This document shows positions 46,082 through 62,907 of a stretch of DNA of 64,000 nucleotides, one piece after another. The DNA lies in assembly GCF_009914755.1 (NCBI RefSeq), contig NC_060930.1; one strand, given 5' to 3'. A program made the position numbers and the translations under genes. The notes below the pieces were generated by a model. It was not told the origin of the DNA. It did not search any database and was given only the letters and a program-made list of their open reading frames with translations. The first letter of the stretch is position 1. Every line of letters starts with the position of its first letter. The stretch is from the human T2T-CHM13v2.0 reference genome, Homo sapiens.

Positions 46082-47585
46082 GAAGTTTCTTAGTCATTTA
46101 CCTGTATATACCTCTGAGCCAGTCCCATGCCTCAGCCCGCTAACTGATGGTAAATACTTGATCATCTATAGCTATCCCAGTGGAACCATAGTAAGGACAT
46201 CTGGACAAGACCCCCAGAGCTTCCCCTGGCCATGCAGTGCTGAGAACAGCCTTCCATGCTCGTAGAGGGGGAGGAGGCCCATGGAGATGGTGAATCTACA
46301 GATTATTGAGCCCTAGATAAAAGGGCCCCTCTTCCTTCATCTAGAGTTTCTCTGTTTCCTCTAATTTTCTGGCATCCAGAGGTGTGCCTAGTCTCCACTA
46401 AAACTTACTATTTGGAGGCCTTTTATCCTGCCCTGTTCCTGCAGGCTTCTTTTTTTCAATGCCAGACCCTGCCTCCTATTCCTTATCTCAGTCACCTCAG
46501 ACAGGCATTCTCACAGTCTAGCTTTGCAACAGACACTCCGGATTGCACCCTATGGCTTGGAAGCTGTGTCTGTTTCTTGTTTCCTTGGATTAGGAGAGTT
46601 GCTGGGCGGGGGTCTGAACTAGCCCCACTGCCCTCTCCCTTATCCTTTACCTCCCACCCCCTCATTTCCATTTGACTCCAGCCTAGTCCACTCTCACCCT
46701 GGCCTCTCTTCTGTCCTGGGTTTTTGTCCCACTTAACCAGCTCATTTCCTCTACCTCTATTTCCCTCCAGGGCTTCCCTGCACAGTTGGACTTTCTGCCG
46801 ACAATAAGCACCTCAATGTGAATGACTTTATTTGACCCTTTGTTGCCAGTGAATACTGACAAGCAAGGAAAATGGAGATAAGGGATTTGGAAACTTTTAA
46901 GGGGAAGCAGGGAGAAAGAGGAAGGCTGCTTTTGAAGGGGAGGTGAAAGGACAGAGGCAACAGGAATTGTGGACATAAATGGTAAACTAGACAATCTGTC
47001 TTGATACCTATTTGTACGGCCTTCCAGCTCTGCTCACTCCAAACATGGCAAGTTTTGCCTTATATGATTGTGGTTCCTGTGTACCTCTCACGTTCCTTCA
47101 TTTCGTTCATCCGTTCGACAAATTTTTGTTGGCTGCCAACTCCAAGCCAGTCGTTATTACAGGTACTAGGGATTCAATGGTGGGCAAAGTGAACTCTCAG
47201 GAAGTCTACAGAGGAAGAAATGGAAATCAAATTATCACATGATTAATGTAAATGGAGTGGGGGAGTTACATGATGCAGAGAAAGGTTATGATATATGAGT
47301 TTAACCAGTTCACTAATATCTGGAAAAATATCTCAGGAAAAGTAAGAAGGTTGCGAAGATTTAGTGGCAATATAGGGTATAATGTGGTGAAGATAGAAAG
47401 AAATACCTTTATTGCAAAATCAGAAGATAATGAGCAAAAGCTCTGTGGGAGAAAGGAACATCGTGTGTCCAAAGGACGGAAGGAAGATCTGCATGTCTGG
47501 GAGGCAGAGAGTGGGTGGGAAAGGTTATGGGATGTGTCTGGAGAAGGGGGTTAAGCATTTTGCTCTTTCTCCTAAGAGGAATGGG

Positions 47586-48477
<892 letters not shown>

Positions 48478-49049
48478 CCGTTAAAGAGAGTTAAGCAGGA
48501 ATGGTCACATGATTAGATTTGCCTTTCAAAAAAATGATACTCTAAATGGAAAACCAATTAAATAGGACCAGTATGAAAGTGGGTACACTGGTTAATAGAT
48601 ATTAAGTGATATCAGGTGTGAGATGTTGGTAGGGTAGAGTAGGATGCTGATAAAGATGAAGAGAAAAGATGAAGGTAAAATAGGTCTTGGCAATCAATTG
48701 GATTTGAAGGTTGAAGGAGAGGGAATAGTATAGATTCTTAGATTTCTGGTTTGAATAGATAATGTGGTACTCACTGACATGGAGAATACCAGGAGAATAC
48801 CACTTTGGTCTATGATAGATGGTGGGGGTTAGCATGATTTTTATTTAAGACATATTAACTTTGGAGTATCTTTGAGATATCCCAGTACAATTATCAAGTA
48901 GTTTCTTGGTTTTAAAACTTGGTTTAGAACTGAGAAGAGAGTTCTCAGCTGGAGATATAAATTAGCGAATTATCTATACATAGATAGGAAGGAAATCTCT
49001 GGATTTGATGAGATCTCTTAGAGAAAGAATGATATGAAAAGAGAAGAGG

Positions 49050-49481
49050 ATTTTGGGGAGATTGGATTTTGTCCAGCAAGTATTCACTCTCTTCTGTCTT
49101 TATTATGGCTATTATTTCCTATGGAGTATACTTCCCCGTCCCATTGGTGCTGGCCTTGGCCATGTGATTTGTTTTGGCCAGTGAGATGTCAGCAGAGGTG
49201 ACAGGAGCAGATGTTTGAATTGTGCAGTGGAACTTTCCCTTTTGTGCTCTTTCCTTTTGCTTCATAAAGAACATGCCTTGGATAGCCACTGGTTTATAGA
49301 GGAATTAGCACGTTTGGACCCAATTCAAAGTTTGGAGCCAAGTCCAGCTGACTCAAGCCTACGTAAGGTGAACCCTATCCACAGATATTGAGCAAGAGAT
49401 AAATGCTTACTTTTGCAAACCACTAAAATGTCAAGGTTTTGTTGTTGTTATGCAGCATTGTGCTAACAGCCGACTGATGCA
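49050..49481 (+). mobile_element. MLT1I/J-type ancient LTR
   Basis: TTGGCCATGTGATTTGTTTTGGCCA; ATAAATGCTTA..AACCACT..GTTATGCAGCA..GACTGATGCA. Confidence 0.7.
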
Positions 49482-49516
49482 AAGGCCTAGGATCTAGTGG
49501 CAAGAAACACTATTCT

Positions 49517-49826
<310 letters not shown>

Positions 49827-50009
49827 AAGAAACACTATTCTTTAAAGTTCTTATTAGATTGTGTGCAAATTAAGAGTAGTATTTATGTTTGATACATGGT
49901 TGTATTAGCAAAACAGCATAAAGTCTTGGTCAAATACTTGGTGAATGTATGAAAGCATGGACGGACACAGTCTAATTTAGGCATGGCTATTTATCATAGA
50001 TGTCTATAA

Positions 50010-50313
<304 letters not shown>

Positions 50314-51794
50314 TGCATACATTCTTATAATAGCTCTTCCAAGCAGTGCGTCCTCAAAGAAGAAGATGCTCGAAGAAAGCTTGATGCTGCCGTCTTCAAG
50401 ATCAAGAACTGCATCCCTTTCCCTGAGTACATTTTCCTTACATGTTGTAAAGAAATGCCCTAGAAAATTGATGTTCTATCTAAATACTATGTGAATATTT
50501 TAGAATATATTTTATTGTTGTTTTTAAAGCAGATTTCAAGTGAAGAAATTTTAAAATTAAAAAAGAAAGTTATTAGTGGCAATAAACACGCCTGTAAATA
50601 GTGTGTCAATGGAATGAAGGCAATCAAAGTGGCTCTTTTGGCTACTAACGTTTTCATAAAAGCTTTGATTAGTTATGAGGTAATTGTGAGAGATGATGAG
50701 TTGGAATCCAAGAAAGAAAAAATAGTTTCTCTAGTTTAACAGCTGTGGAATCTTTTGGTAATTGCTGGAATATTCCTTTTCAGTAAACTTAAAGTTTGCT
50801 TTTCTTTACATTACAGTTGAATGCTTGATGTGAAATATAAATTTTAACTTTGTCTTATTTACAACTTTCTTCTTCAGTGTGATTCTAAATTATAGTTGAG
50901 AAGGAGAGAAAGACAGCACTTGGGTTTATATGTTATCTCCATTAAATAGAAAAACTGTAGGAAAAGCAAAAAAAAAATAGGTGGCATTTAAAATATTTGC
51001 CTTTTCACATTCTGGTTGTTAATTAAAATGTGATTTTTTTCCCCCACAAATGTCTATATAAAAATTGTGTGCCTGTGTGCATACAGGCAAGTGCAGTTGT
51101 CCAGTGTTTATAGGGGACATGTTAAATTATACCTTGCCTAGTTTGACCACAGTGTGAAATTTTAAAGTACAAACACGATCAAAAAGAAGAGTGGTTTCAA
51201 AAATGAAGGAACAACAACATTCCATTCTCCCAGAACCTTTTCAGTCTCTCAAACAGCTACCCCCTACTCTCTTCTCCCAGCAGTCACCAGAAACAACATC
51301 CCATTCCCCACACCACCCCCCACCCAAGAGTAAAGAGTACCATCAACTCTGAGAAAGAAACTGCAGAAATAACAAAATTTATTGGAGTGGATAATTCCTC
51401 ACAGAAACTGCCAATCAGCTACAGACGCAAATCTGCCTTCCTTATCCTTCACCCCACCCCTTAGTTGGGCAAACAACCTAAACCCTCAGGAGAAACTTCG
51501 CCTTTCAGCCAAAGAATAATACAGATGACACTGCCAACCTGGAATATTTTGCTTGTACTTCCCTTCTACCTTCTTTATTACAACAGCTGACTGTGTAGCT
51601 GTGAGTCTTTTTGCCTTTTCATTTTGTTCAGGGTTCAAAAAAGTTATTATTTTACCCCAAAAGAATCACATAAACATGGTTAAAAAAGCAAACAGTGCAG
51701 AAAGTAAATGTCTCCCTCCCCTCACCACTCCTTCCTCCTTTTCCCAATTCTCTTAGACTTCCCAACAGCAGAAGTGTTGTGATGGGAGGAGGGA

Positions 51795-51831
<37 letters not shown>

Positions 51832-51833
51832 TG
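51795..51833. repeat. (GT)13(GC)5 alternating purine-pyrimidine microsatellite
   Basis: Read directly from the sequence. Confidence 0.97.
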
Positions 51834-52819
51834 AGAGAGACAGAGAAAATTGGAGAGAAATTCTTGATGCCATCTTATTTTTGATTTAAGAAGAAAATAT
51901 GTATCACACACAGAGATCCCTTCATCTCCCCACCCTACTCTCCCCACCAAAAAAACCTCTGCTGTTTAGAACTCTAAGAGAATTACTGGTCAAAAATCTT
52001 TCAGATTAAGCTCATTCCAAAGACATTTCCAGTATAACCAAACACTGAGAAACACTGGTATCCAGCCAGGCGCAGCCCCTGCCATCTCTGATTTAGTGCA
52101 ATTTGATGATGATTAACTCAAAGACAGGATGGAGATGGATTCATGTAATAGGAAACAAAAAATCCTTCATTTATTTATATTTAAAATATCCTCTTTCTTG
52201 ATTATTTTAGAGAATAAATTTATATACATTTAGGATGACTTTGCTGATAAGGAAAAGTCTCTTGGGCCTTGCATTTCCTTCTTAATTATAAAGGTTTGTG
52301 GAATGTTTTTCTGAGAACAGAAACCCTTCCTGAAGGAGTTATTCTTCCTAGAATGTTAGGAGGGTCTCCACTAGGTAAACAATGATGTCAGTGCAAATGT
52401 TTGAGTACTCTTCTCTCCCATCCAACTTGGCTTGGGGTTTTTTAGTTCTATTACTTGACTGTTTTTGAAACAGATTGAAAAATTTGCTCACCAAGAGAAC
52501 AATGATTAACAAAATCTGTAAATTGCATTTCACTTGCTAATCAATAGCTCAAAAGAAAATCTAAATCCATGACTAATGGCCCAGGAGTAAACTACTTGCT
52601 TAGAAAAGCCTCTTTCGGTCAAAATGTTCTTTTAGAAATCTTTAGGGTATTTTTCTTTTCTTCTGTTCCCTATGTTATTATTCTACATTTTTAAAAACTT
52701 ACACACTCTATAAATAATAAGGAAATATATTCCCAGGCCTCATTCTCTTTTTAAATACACATGAGTATCTATCATCAGTTTTTCCTCTGAATATCTATTC
52801 TCGGATTTTCCATGAGACA

Positions 52820-53060
52820 TTGTAGAGTATTGGTTAAGAGTGTCTGCTTTGGAAACAGCTGTTCTGACTCAAGACCTTACCAGCTATGTGGTTTAGATTA
52901 ACTTTCTTAATTTCCTTATACCTCAGTTTTCTCAATTGTAAAATGGGGATGAAATTTATAATCGTAGTGTGAACTTGATAGGATTGTGGTAAAGTCTGAA
53001 TGAGAAAATGTAAGCCAAGCTCATGTTCTAGTTCTATCCCACAATAAGTCTCAATGAAGG
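52820..53060 (+). mobile_element. MIR
   Basis: GGTTAAGAGTG..CTTACCAGCTATGTG..CCTCAGTTTTCTCAATTGTAAAATGGGGAT. Confidence 0.8.
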
Positions 53061-53085
53061 GTGGCTTAAAAAAATAAGATATACA

Positions 53086-53347
53086 GGCCGGGCACAGTGG
53101 CTTACGCCTGTACTCCCAGCACTTTGGGAGGCCAAGGCAGGTGGATAACGAGGTCAGGAGATCAAAACCATCCTGGCCAATATAGTGAAACCCCGTCTCT
53201 ACTAAAATAAAAAAAAATTAGCTGGGCATGGTGGTGTGCACCAGCTACTCAAGAGGCTAAGGCAGGGGAATTGCTTGAACTCAGGAGGCAGAGGTTGCAG
53301 TGAGCTGAGATGGCGCCACTGCACTCCAAATAAATAAACAAATAAAT
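53086..53347 (+). mobile_element. AluSc-like SINE with deletions
   Basis: TSD AAATAAGATATACA (53072-53085 / 53348-53361). Confidence 0.92.
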
Positions 53348-54089
53348 AAATAAGATATACAAAATAAAAAATTTTAAACTTTCAAAAAATCCCCAACTAA
53401 AAAAAAAATCAACAAAATATGTGATCTTGGATAAACAGAGCTTACCTCTCCAGATTGTTCTGTGTCTGAAGTTTTGTGACAGTGGGTAAAACAGTACGCA
53501 TAGATAGAAAGACTAAGTGACAGTCCAGGGATGCCCATGGCAGTGTGCTGGTCTGTGTATGGAATATCTAGAGTATAGACTCTAGAATGAAAAAGTCAAG
53601 AGAAGTTATGTAGATCATAGAAAGATTAGACCAAATGGCCCAGGGAAAAATATGTGTTATCAATTGTATTACTGATTGGAGGGCACCGAGACTATGGCTA
53701 GTATTTCCATGTGGGAGTTTACACATTTTTGCCTACACAGAATTCAGGGCCAAAGAGATTACTGACTTGGCCTTATTCATCTGAAAAATTTTAAGTTTCA
53801 ACAACAAAATGTACCTATCAAGGTTATAACACATAATCATATTAGTTCTTTTTCATATGTGTTTGTCTAGAACTGGTGCATTCATTTATTCCCTAAGGAA
53901 TCAGTGTATATCTCTTTCTTTGTCGGCCAAGCCTCCTAGGTCTACTTTCAAGGCTGTTGAGGTAAACTGATAACACCAATAGGGTATTTGGGGTAATTCT
54001 GTGAGGCAATGAGGGATGTTTACTACTCTTATTGGGGGGTGGGAGATGGATGGTGTTACAACTATGGAATGATTCTAAAAGGAGGAGTA

Positions 54090-54300
54090 AATGTCTGCAG
54101 AGTGAGAGGGAAGAGGAGAGAGATATTCTGTATGAATAGAGATGCAGAAGTGATAGACTGGTTGGTAGCAGGAGGTGGATCCAAGGTCAAAGGAGGGTTT
54201 GTAGTGAATGTGAAGCATGTGGGAATATTTGCAGGTTGAAGTGGGAAAGTCAGAAAGGAGAGGAAGGTTAAAGGTATAGGAAGAGGGGGGCAAGTTCTCA
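54090..54300 (-). mobile_element. L2 internal fragment
   Basis: Purine-rich GGTCAAAGGAGGGTTT..AAGCATG..GAGAGGAAGGTTAAAG, similar to the L2 ORF2 antisense strand. Confidence 0.5.
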
Positions 54301-55149
54301 AAGAAGGTGGTGGTGGCCTTTAACTGAAAGAATACCCCACCATTTGGGGACGTAGAGTAAAGGAGATAAGGTTAGATGTGGGAAAAAACTCTGATAATTG
54401 TCATTGATTTTCCTTTGATTAGAAAATACATTTTCCTTTGACCACCAGGATAAAAAGCTGAACTGTTTATTAGAATTTCCCTGAATGCAAAAGAAGTAGA
54501 AAAAGAAGAAAACAGAGAAACATATTTTATAGTGGAATACCTGTAAATTCTCTACTTAGAAAATATTAACTTCGAATTCGTTTTTCTGTTTTATCCATCT
54601 TGCAGAAAGACTTGTTTTGTGTGGGTGTCAGTTGGCTAAAAACATTATATATTTTTTTACAAAATTCTCAGTGCTTACAATCTTGTGTGTACACAAGGCA
54701 GGGACATTCTTTGTATTATCAAATATTTGATTTCCTGTGAGGTTAACATATTTTTATTTCCCTATTTTGTGAATTGTCAGTTTTGTTATCTGAAAGAAAG
54801 CTTTTTTTTACAAAACACCTTCAAGCGAAAGAAAAAAAAAATGCCTAGGATTAAGAGAATTCAAATTCTCTGATCTGGGGTGGATGAATGGTGGAAACAG
54901 GAAGAAAATAACCAAGGCAGAAAAGATGCACAGAAATATAGACCCTTATATATGAAAGGGACTCTATGCAGTCCTGGTCCAATCAGTATCAAATTAATGA
55001 ATGTGATGTGTACTTTCTTGATGGAGCATTCCTCTAATATCAGTTTGGTCACTTCTAGAAATAGGGAGATCACTATCTCTTGAGACTGCCCATTCCATTT
55101 TGGGTCTCAAAAAGTACCTATGTTTGAAAGTGCCGAAGTTATTACTATA

Positions 55150-55410
55150 CATATGAATAGCAATTAAGTACTAGCTTAGAGAGCCTCATATGTGCCACGT
55201 GTAATTCTAAGTACCTCACATGTATTAAATCGTTTAATGCTCAAAGAGTCATCTTAGGAAGTTATGATTATTATCTCCATTTTACAGATAAGACAAATGA
55301 AGCTCGGAAAGGTTAGATAAACTTATCAATGTCGCCCAGCTGGTAAATAACGGAGCCTGACACAGGATCCTAGAATTCTAGCTCTAGAGCCTGTGCTTTT
55401 AAGCACATCA
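55150..55410 (-). mobile_element. MIR
   Basis: TATTATCTCCATTTTACAGATAAGACAAATGAAGCTCGGAAAGGTTA. Confidence 0.8.
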
Positions 55411-55859
55411 GTGTTCTTCCTTTCAATGCATGAATGTTCCCAGGTTTTCCTCATCCTTGAATTGGTCAAAGAATTCTACTGTTGCCCACTCAGACTTACC
55501 CCTTTCTTTGACTCCCATGGACAAATCTGCTGTTGCCAGACTATTTGCTTAGCCTTTTGTGATGCAGAATCAGGAATGACAAGAAAAAGGATAGCAAGCA
55601 GATGGGCCAGGGGAAGACATTTCCGTAAAATGTGGCCCAAAACCAACATAGTATGACAAAAGTGTTGGAAGGAAAATGGAAATTTTGAGAAGCCTCGCTG
55701 GAGACTATACAATTCATGGCATTCAGAAAACTCAAGGGAGGAAATTGAACTATTCTTATGTTACTTTTTGTTAGCTAGACTGTACCCTGATTACTGCACC
55801 AATCTCACACTGGACAACAGAGATCATGGATTTAGCTTGGTTACATATATTTCTGTAAG

Positions 55860-55982
55860 AATCTGTTGGTTCCTTGATCTTGGACTTCCCAACATCCAGA
55901 TCTGTGAGAAATAAATTTCTATTGTTTATAAGCTACCTAGTTTATGGTATTTTGTTACAGCATGCTGAACAAACTAAAGATA
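55860..55982 (+). mobile_element. MLT1A/MST-type LTR 3' fragment
   Basis: CCTTGATCTTGGACTTCCCA..CTGTGAGAAATAAATTTCT..TATGGTATTTTGTTACAGCA. Confidence 0.8.
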
Positions 55983-56766
55983 CTTGAGAAATTCACTATT
56001 AGGTCTAGCAGGGTTTTTTGTAGGTTTCCTGGGTTATTTTTGCACAATGTTGTTTCACAATAGAGTTTTACTTCTTCTATTCAAATCTGGATACCTTTTA
56101 TTCCTTTTTCTCTCCCTATTTCACTAGCTGGAACCTTCACTACAATGTTAACTAGATATAAGTTCAGATATCTTTGCATTTTTTCTGGTCTTAAGGGGAA
56201 AATAACCAATCTTTCATTATTAAGTACCATGTTAGCTGTAGTTTTTCATCATGTCTTTTATGAAGTTGATAAAGTTTTCTTATATTCCTATTTTGCTGAG
56301 AGTTTTTATCAGAAATTTATGTTGGATTTTGTCAAATGCTTTTTATGCTTCTACTGTGATAATCACATGGATTTTATTTTTTAGTGTATTAATAAGATAA
56401 ATTAAGTTGATTGATTTTCAAATGCTAAGCCAAAATTGTTTACCAACACTGTTTTCATGAGATAAATCCCACTCTTTCATGATGTATTATCATTTTTATG
56501 TATTGTTGGATTTGATTTGTCAAATTAAAAAAATTGCATTTTTATTCATGAGGGATATTGGTATAGGATTTTCTTGTGTTAATGTCTTTGCCTGGTTTTG
56601 GTATCAAGGTAATGGTAACTTTATACATTGAGATGGGGAGAATTCAAACTCTTCAATTTTTTTGGAAGAGTTCATGTAACAATACATATTATTTCTTCCT
56701 TAAATTTTGGAAAGACATGTTGGCATGGGATTTTCTTTGTGAGAAGATTTTTTAGTTACACATTGA

Positions 56767-57214
<448 letters not shown>

Positions 57215-57440
57215 CATATTTTTCTTTTATTATATGTAGTTTCTGTAGGGAGGTCTCTATCATTTCTCATATTGATAATTTCTGTTTTTCTGATTAGTAT
57301 CACTTTCATATATTTTTCTCAATGAACCAAAGCTTTTCTGTATTCATTCTGTATTTTCTAAATTACACTGAACTCTGTTGTAATCCTTATTTAGTTTCTT
57401 CCATAGTTTTTGGGTTTAATTTGCACTTCTTTTTCCAGTT

Positions 57441-57655
57441 CAGGGGTGAGTAAACTTCTTATGCAGAGGATGACATGGCAATATTTTAGCTTTGTGAGCC
57501 ATACAGTCTTTGTACAACCACTCAACTCTGCCACTGAAGTGTGTATGCCCCTCTAGGATGTAAAAGAATGTGCAAGACTGTGCCAATAAAATTTTATCTC
57601 TAAAAATGAGCAGTGATCTTGGTTTGATCGAAGGGCTGTAGTTTGCCAAGCCCTG
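57441..57655 (+). mobile_element. MER58A-type hAT fossil
   Basis: CAGGGGTGAGTAAAC ... CCAATAAAATTTTAT ... GTAGTTTGCCAAGCCCTG. Confidence 0.8.
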
Positions 57656-57831
57656 TTCTCTTTTCTCATAGTTGAAGCTGAGTTCATTGATTTGAGACCT
57701 TATTTTCTAATACAGTCATGTAGTGCTGTAAGTCTCCCCATTTAAAATGATTTTTGTGGTATTCTACGAATTTAGGTATGTTGCCGTCTCATTTTCATTC
57801 AGTTTAAAATACTTTCCAATTCAATTTGCCA

Positions 57832-59030
57832 TTTTTTCATTCAATTATCACTATATTGCAAGATGGTATAATTAATTACAAGTTTAAATTATAACTTGGT
57901 AATCTTGAGTCAGGCAGCAAGTTTTAATAAAGGCAAACGCTTATTCAAAAGTGATCACGGAACAACTGAAATGCAGAGTAAGAAGGATGAGAGCCATCTG
58001 ACTGGCCAATAGATTTAGTTCTCTCACTATATGAAACAAACTTTTCATTTTTAGGAGAGGAAACTTCTACTGAAGTTATAGTTTACGTCTCCTAAAAATA
58101 CAGAATACAGGATACAAAAATACTACAATACAGAAAGATTTTGTCACATAGACTGGTTTCCATTTAGTCAATCAACTGTTTCTAGTTGTCTCAATTGGGA
58201 TAGATGCATTTACATAACTGGCTGTGCTTGAGCCTTCTTTGCCAGCAGCTTTAGGTTGGCAATGCACTTGGCAATTGTCTCCTTTTCCTGCTGTGCAGAG
58301 ATGCTCTGCACCACGTGCTTCTCCACCCAATTTATCATGTGTTCTTGTTTCTTTCGAAGCATCATGTTCTGCACAGTTATATGATAGTCCAGGTGATTCT
58401 TTACTTCCTTATATAGTCTATGCAGTTGTTCCCAGTAACCTCCAAAGCCATAGCAATGTTGTTTTTCTGCACATCAAAAAGGTAATGGTGCTTCTGAACG
58501 AGTGCCTGCTGTGACTTCTCCAAATCAGTTGCATCCTGGATTTGTCTGATAGAAGCCTGCTTCACCTCTTCTAGTTGGGCAATTTTTTGCTCATTGAATT
58601 TTTCAGCAAAATCTCCAATAGAGGCGCGATATTTTAAAATTATTTAGACAAGTAACCATACTATCGATGTGGTAGAGAAGGTCTCTGGGGTAATCATATA
58701 TATTTCTTTGGATAAACCATACAAGATAAGCCCAGTTCTGAGCACATAGGGTCCTGTTACACCAGTTTTAGGATAAAGAAACTGGAAGAATTCCTCAGGG
58801 ATCAGCCCCAAATGAACTTTCCCTCCATATTCAGGAAGAGGTGGTAGAAGGGCAAGGTGTGGCTGCCCTGTGTGAAAGGTCTTTGTTGCCTGCAATATCC
58901 CTGGACCTATGAAGGCTGTATTCTTCAGAGAGGGGGCCACCATGGTGGTGGCAGAATGTGCCACCTGGGACAGCATGGTCAGCGAAGGCCCAGGCAGTGG
59001 TCTTAGCATCCCTGTGACTCCAACCAGAGC
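57832..59030 (-). pseudogene. ATP5PB (pseudogene copy): Processed pseudogene of ATP synthase peripheral stalk subunit b (parent ATP5PB/ATP5F1)
   Basis: Intronless copy. ATG at 58976 gives MLSQV..PPLPEYGGKV..GLIPEEFFQFLYPKTGVTGPYVL..LSKEIY. Premature TAA at 58644-58646 (codon 111); 4-bp frameshifting deletion near 58434; authentic C-terminus KKAQAQPVM* ends at 58210 (767 bp versus the 771-bp parental CDS). 5'UTR and 3'UTR present, short A tail, degenerate TSD CAATTT(G/A)CC(A)TTTT at 57822 and 59031. Confidence 0.97.
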
Positions 59031-59463
59031 CAATTTACCTTTTGAATTCTTTAATATTTGGGTTATATAGATGTGTGTTGTTTGGTTTCTAGAGATTTCT
59101 ATGTTATTCATTTTAAAAATTTTATTCCTCTGTAGTCACAGAATAGACTTTGTATGACCTAAATTCTTTTAAATTTATTTAGACTGGTTTTATGTCCCAG
59201 AATATGGTCTATGTTTCACACACACACATGAATATTTCACATGCACATGAGAAGAATGTGTATTCTACTGTTGTTGGGTGGATTCTTCTATAAATGTCAA
59301 TTAGGTCAACTTAGTTGATCGTATTGTTCAAGTATTCCATGTTTTAGATAATTTTCTGTCTACTTGTTCTATCAAATATTGAGAGAGGTGAATTTTAATC
59401 TCCAACTATAGTTGTGGATTTGTGCATTTCTTTTTACAGTTGTGTTAGGTTTGGTTTCCTATG

Positions 59464-62138
<2,675 letters not shown>

Positions 62139-62316
62139 GTGTTTGGAATCTGTGTGTTTATTGCTCTTATCAAGTTTGAAATATTTTCAGTTTTAATTTC
62201 TTCAATTTTTTTTTTTTACTCTCTGATTCGAGGACTTCAATTACATGTAAGCTAGGTTACCTGAAATTGCTGCACAGCTCACCGATGCTCCTTTTGTTTT
62301 TCTCTCTGTGCCTTCT

Positions 62317-62610
62317 TCTTTTTTTTTTTTTTTTTTGAGACAGAGTCTTGCTCTGTCACCCAGGCTGGAGGGCAGTGGCGCGATCTCTGCAAGCTCCGCC
62401 TCCCAGGTTCACACCATTCTCCTGCCTCAGCCTCCTGAGTAGCTGGGAATACAGGCACCCACCACCACGGCTGGCCAATTTTTTGTATTTTTAGTAGAGA
62501 TGGGACTTCACCGTGTTAGCCAGGATGGTTTTGATCTCCTGACCTTGTGATCTGCCAGCCTTGGCCTCCCAAAATGTTGGGATTACAGGCATGAGCCACT
62601 GCACCTGGCC
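62317..62610 (-). mobile_element. AluY inserted in the tail of the adjacent Alu
   Basis: GCAAGCTCC..CACCATTCTCC; lies inside the outer TSD TCTGTGCCTTCT (62305-62316 / 62908-62919). Confidence 0.92.
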
Positions 62611-62907
62611 TTTTTTTTTTTTTTGAGATGGAGTTTTTTGCTCTTGTTGCTCAGGCTGGAGTGCAATGGCACGATCTTGACTCACTGCAACCTCTGCTTC
62701 CTGGGTTCATGCGATTCTCTCGCCTCAGCCTCCCGAGTAGCTGAGATTACAGGCACGTGCCACCAAGCCTGGCTAATTTTGTATTTTTAGTAGAGATGGG
62801 GTTTCACTATGTTGGTCAGGCTGGTCTTAAACTTCTGACCTCCGGTGATCCACCCGCCTCGGCCTCCCAAAGTGCTGGGATTAAGACATGAGCCACTGTG
62901 CCCAGCC
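62611..62907 (-). mobile_element. AluSq/Sp-type SINE
   Basis: GCTCTTGTTGC..GGAGTGCAATGG; GTTGGTCAGG. Confidence 0.93.

Noticed and set aside
50340-50463. Coding-looking stretch 'VLKEEDARRKLDAAVFKIKNC' with a few CpGs
   Set aside because: No recognisable homology, no convincing splice sites, and the ORF starts in an Alu; a BLASTX/PhyloCSF check would settle it
53567-53586. Perfect 8-bp inverted repeat TCTAGAGT-ATAG-ACTCTAGA
   Set aside because: Stems this short are expected by chance in 64 kb; no supporting context
57832-59030. Assigning a specific pseudogene number (ATP5PBP1-8) or chromosome
   Set aside because: Several ATP5PB retrocopies exist; they cannot be distinguished without alignment to the genome
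58977-59111. 45-aa N-terminal extension of the 155-aa ORF 58644-59111
   Set aside because: Chance open frame through the retrocopy 5'UTR and flanking L1; the homologous start is at 58976
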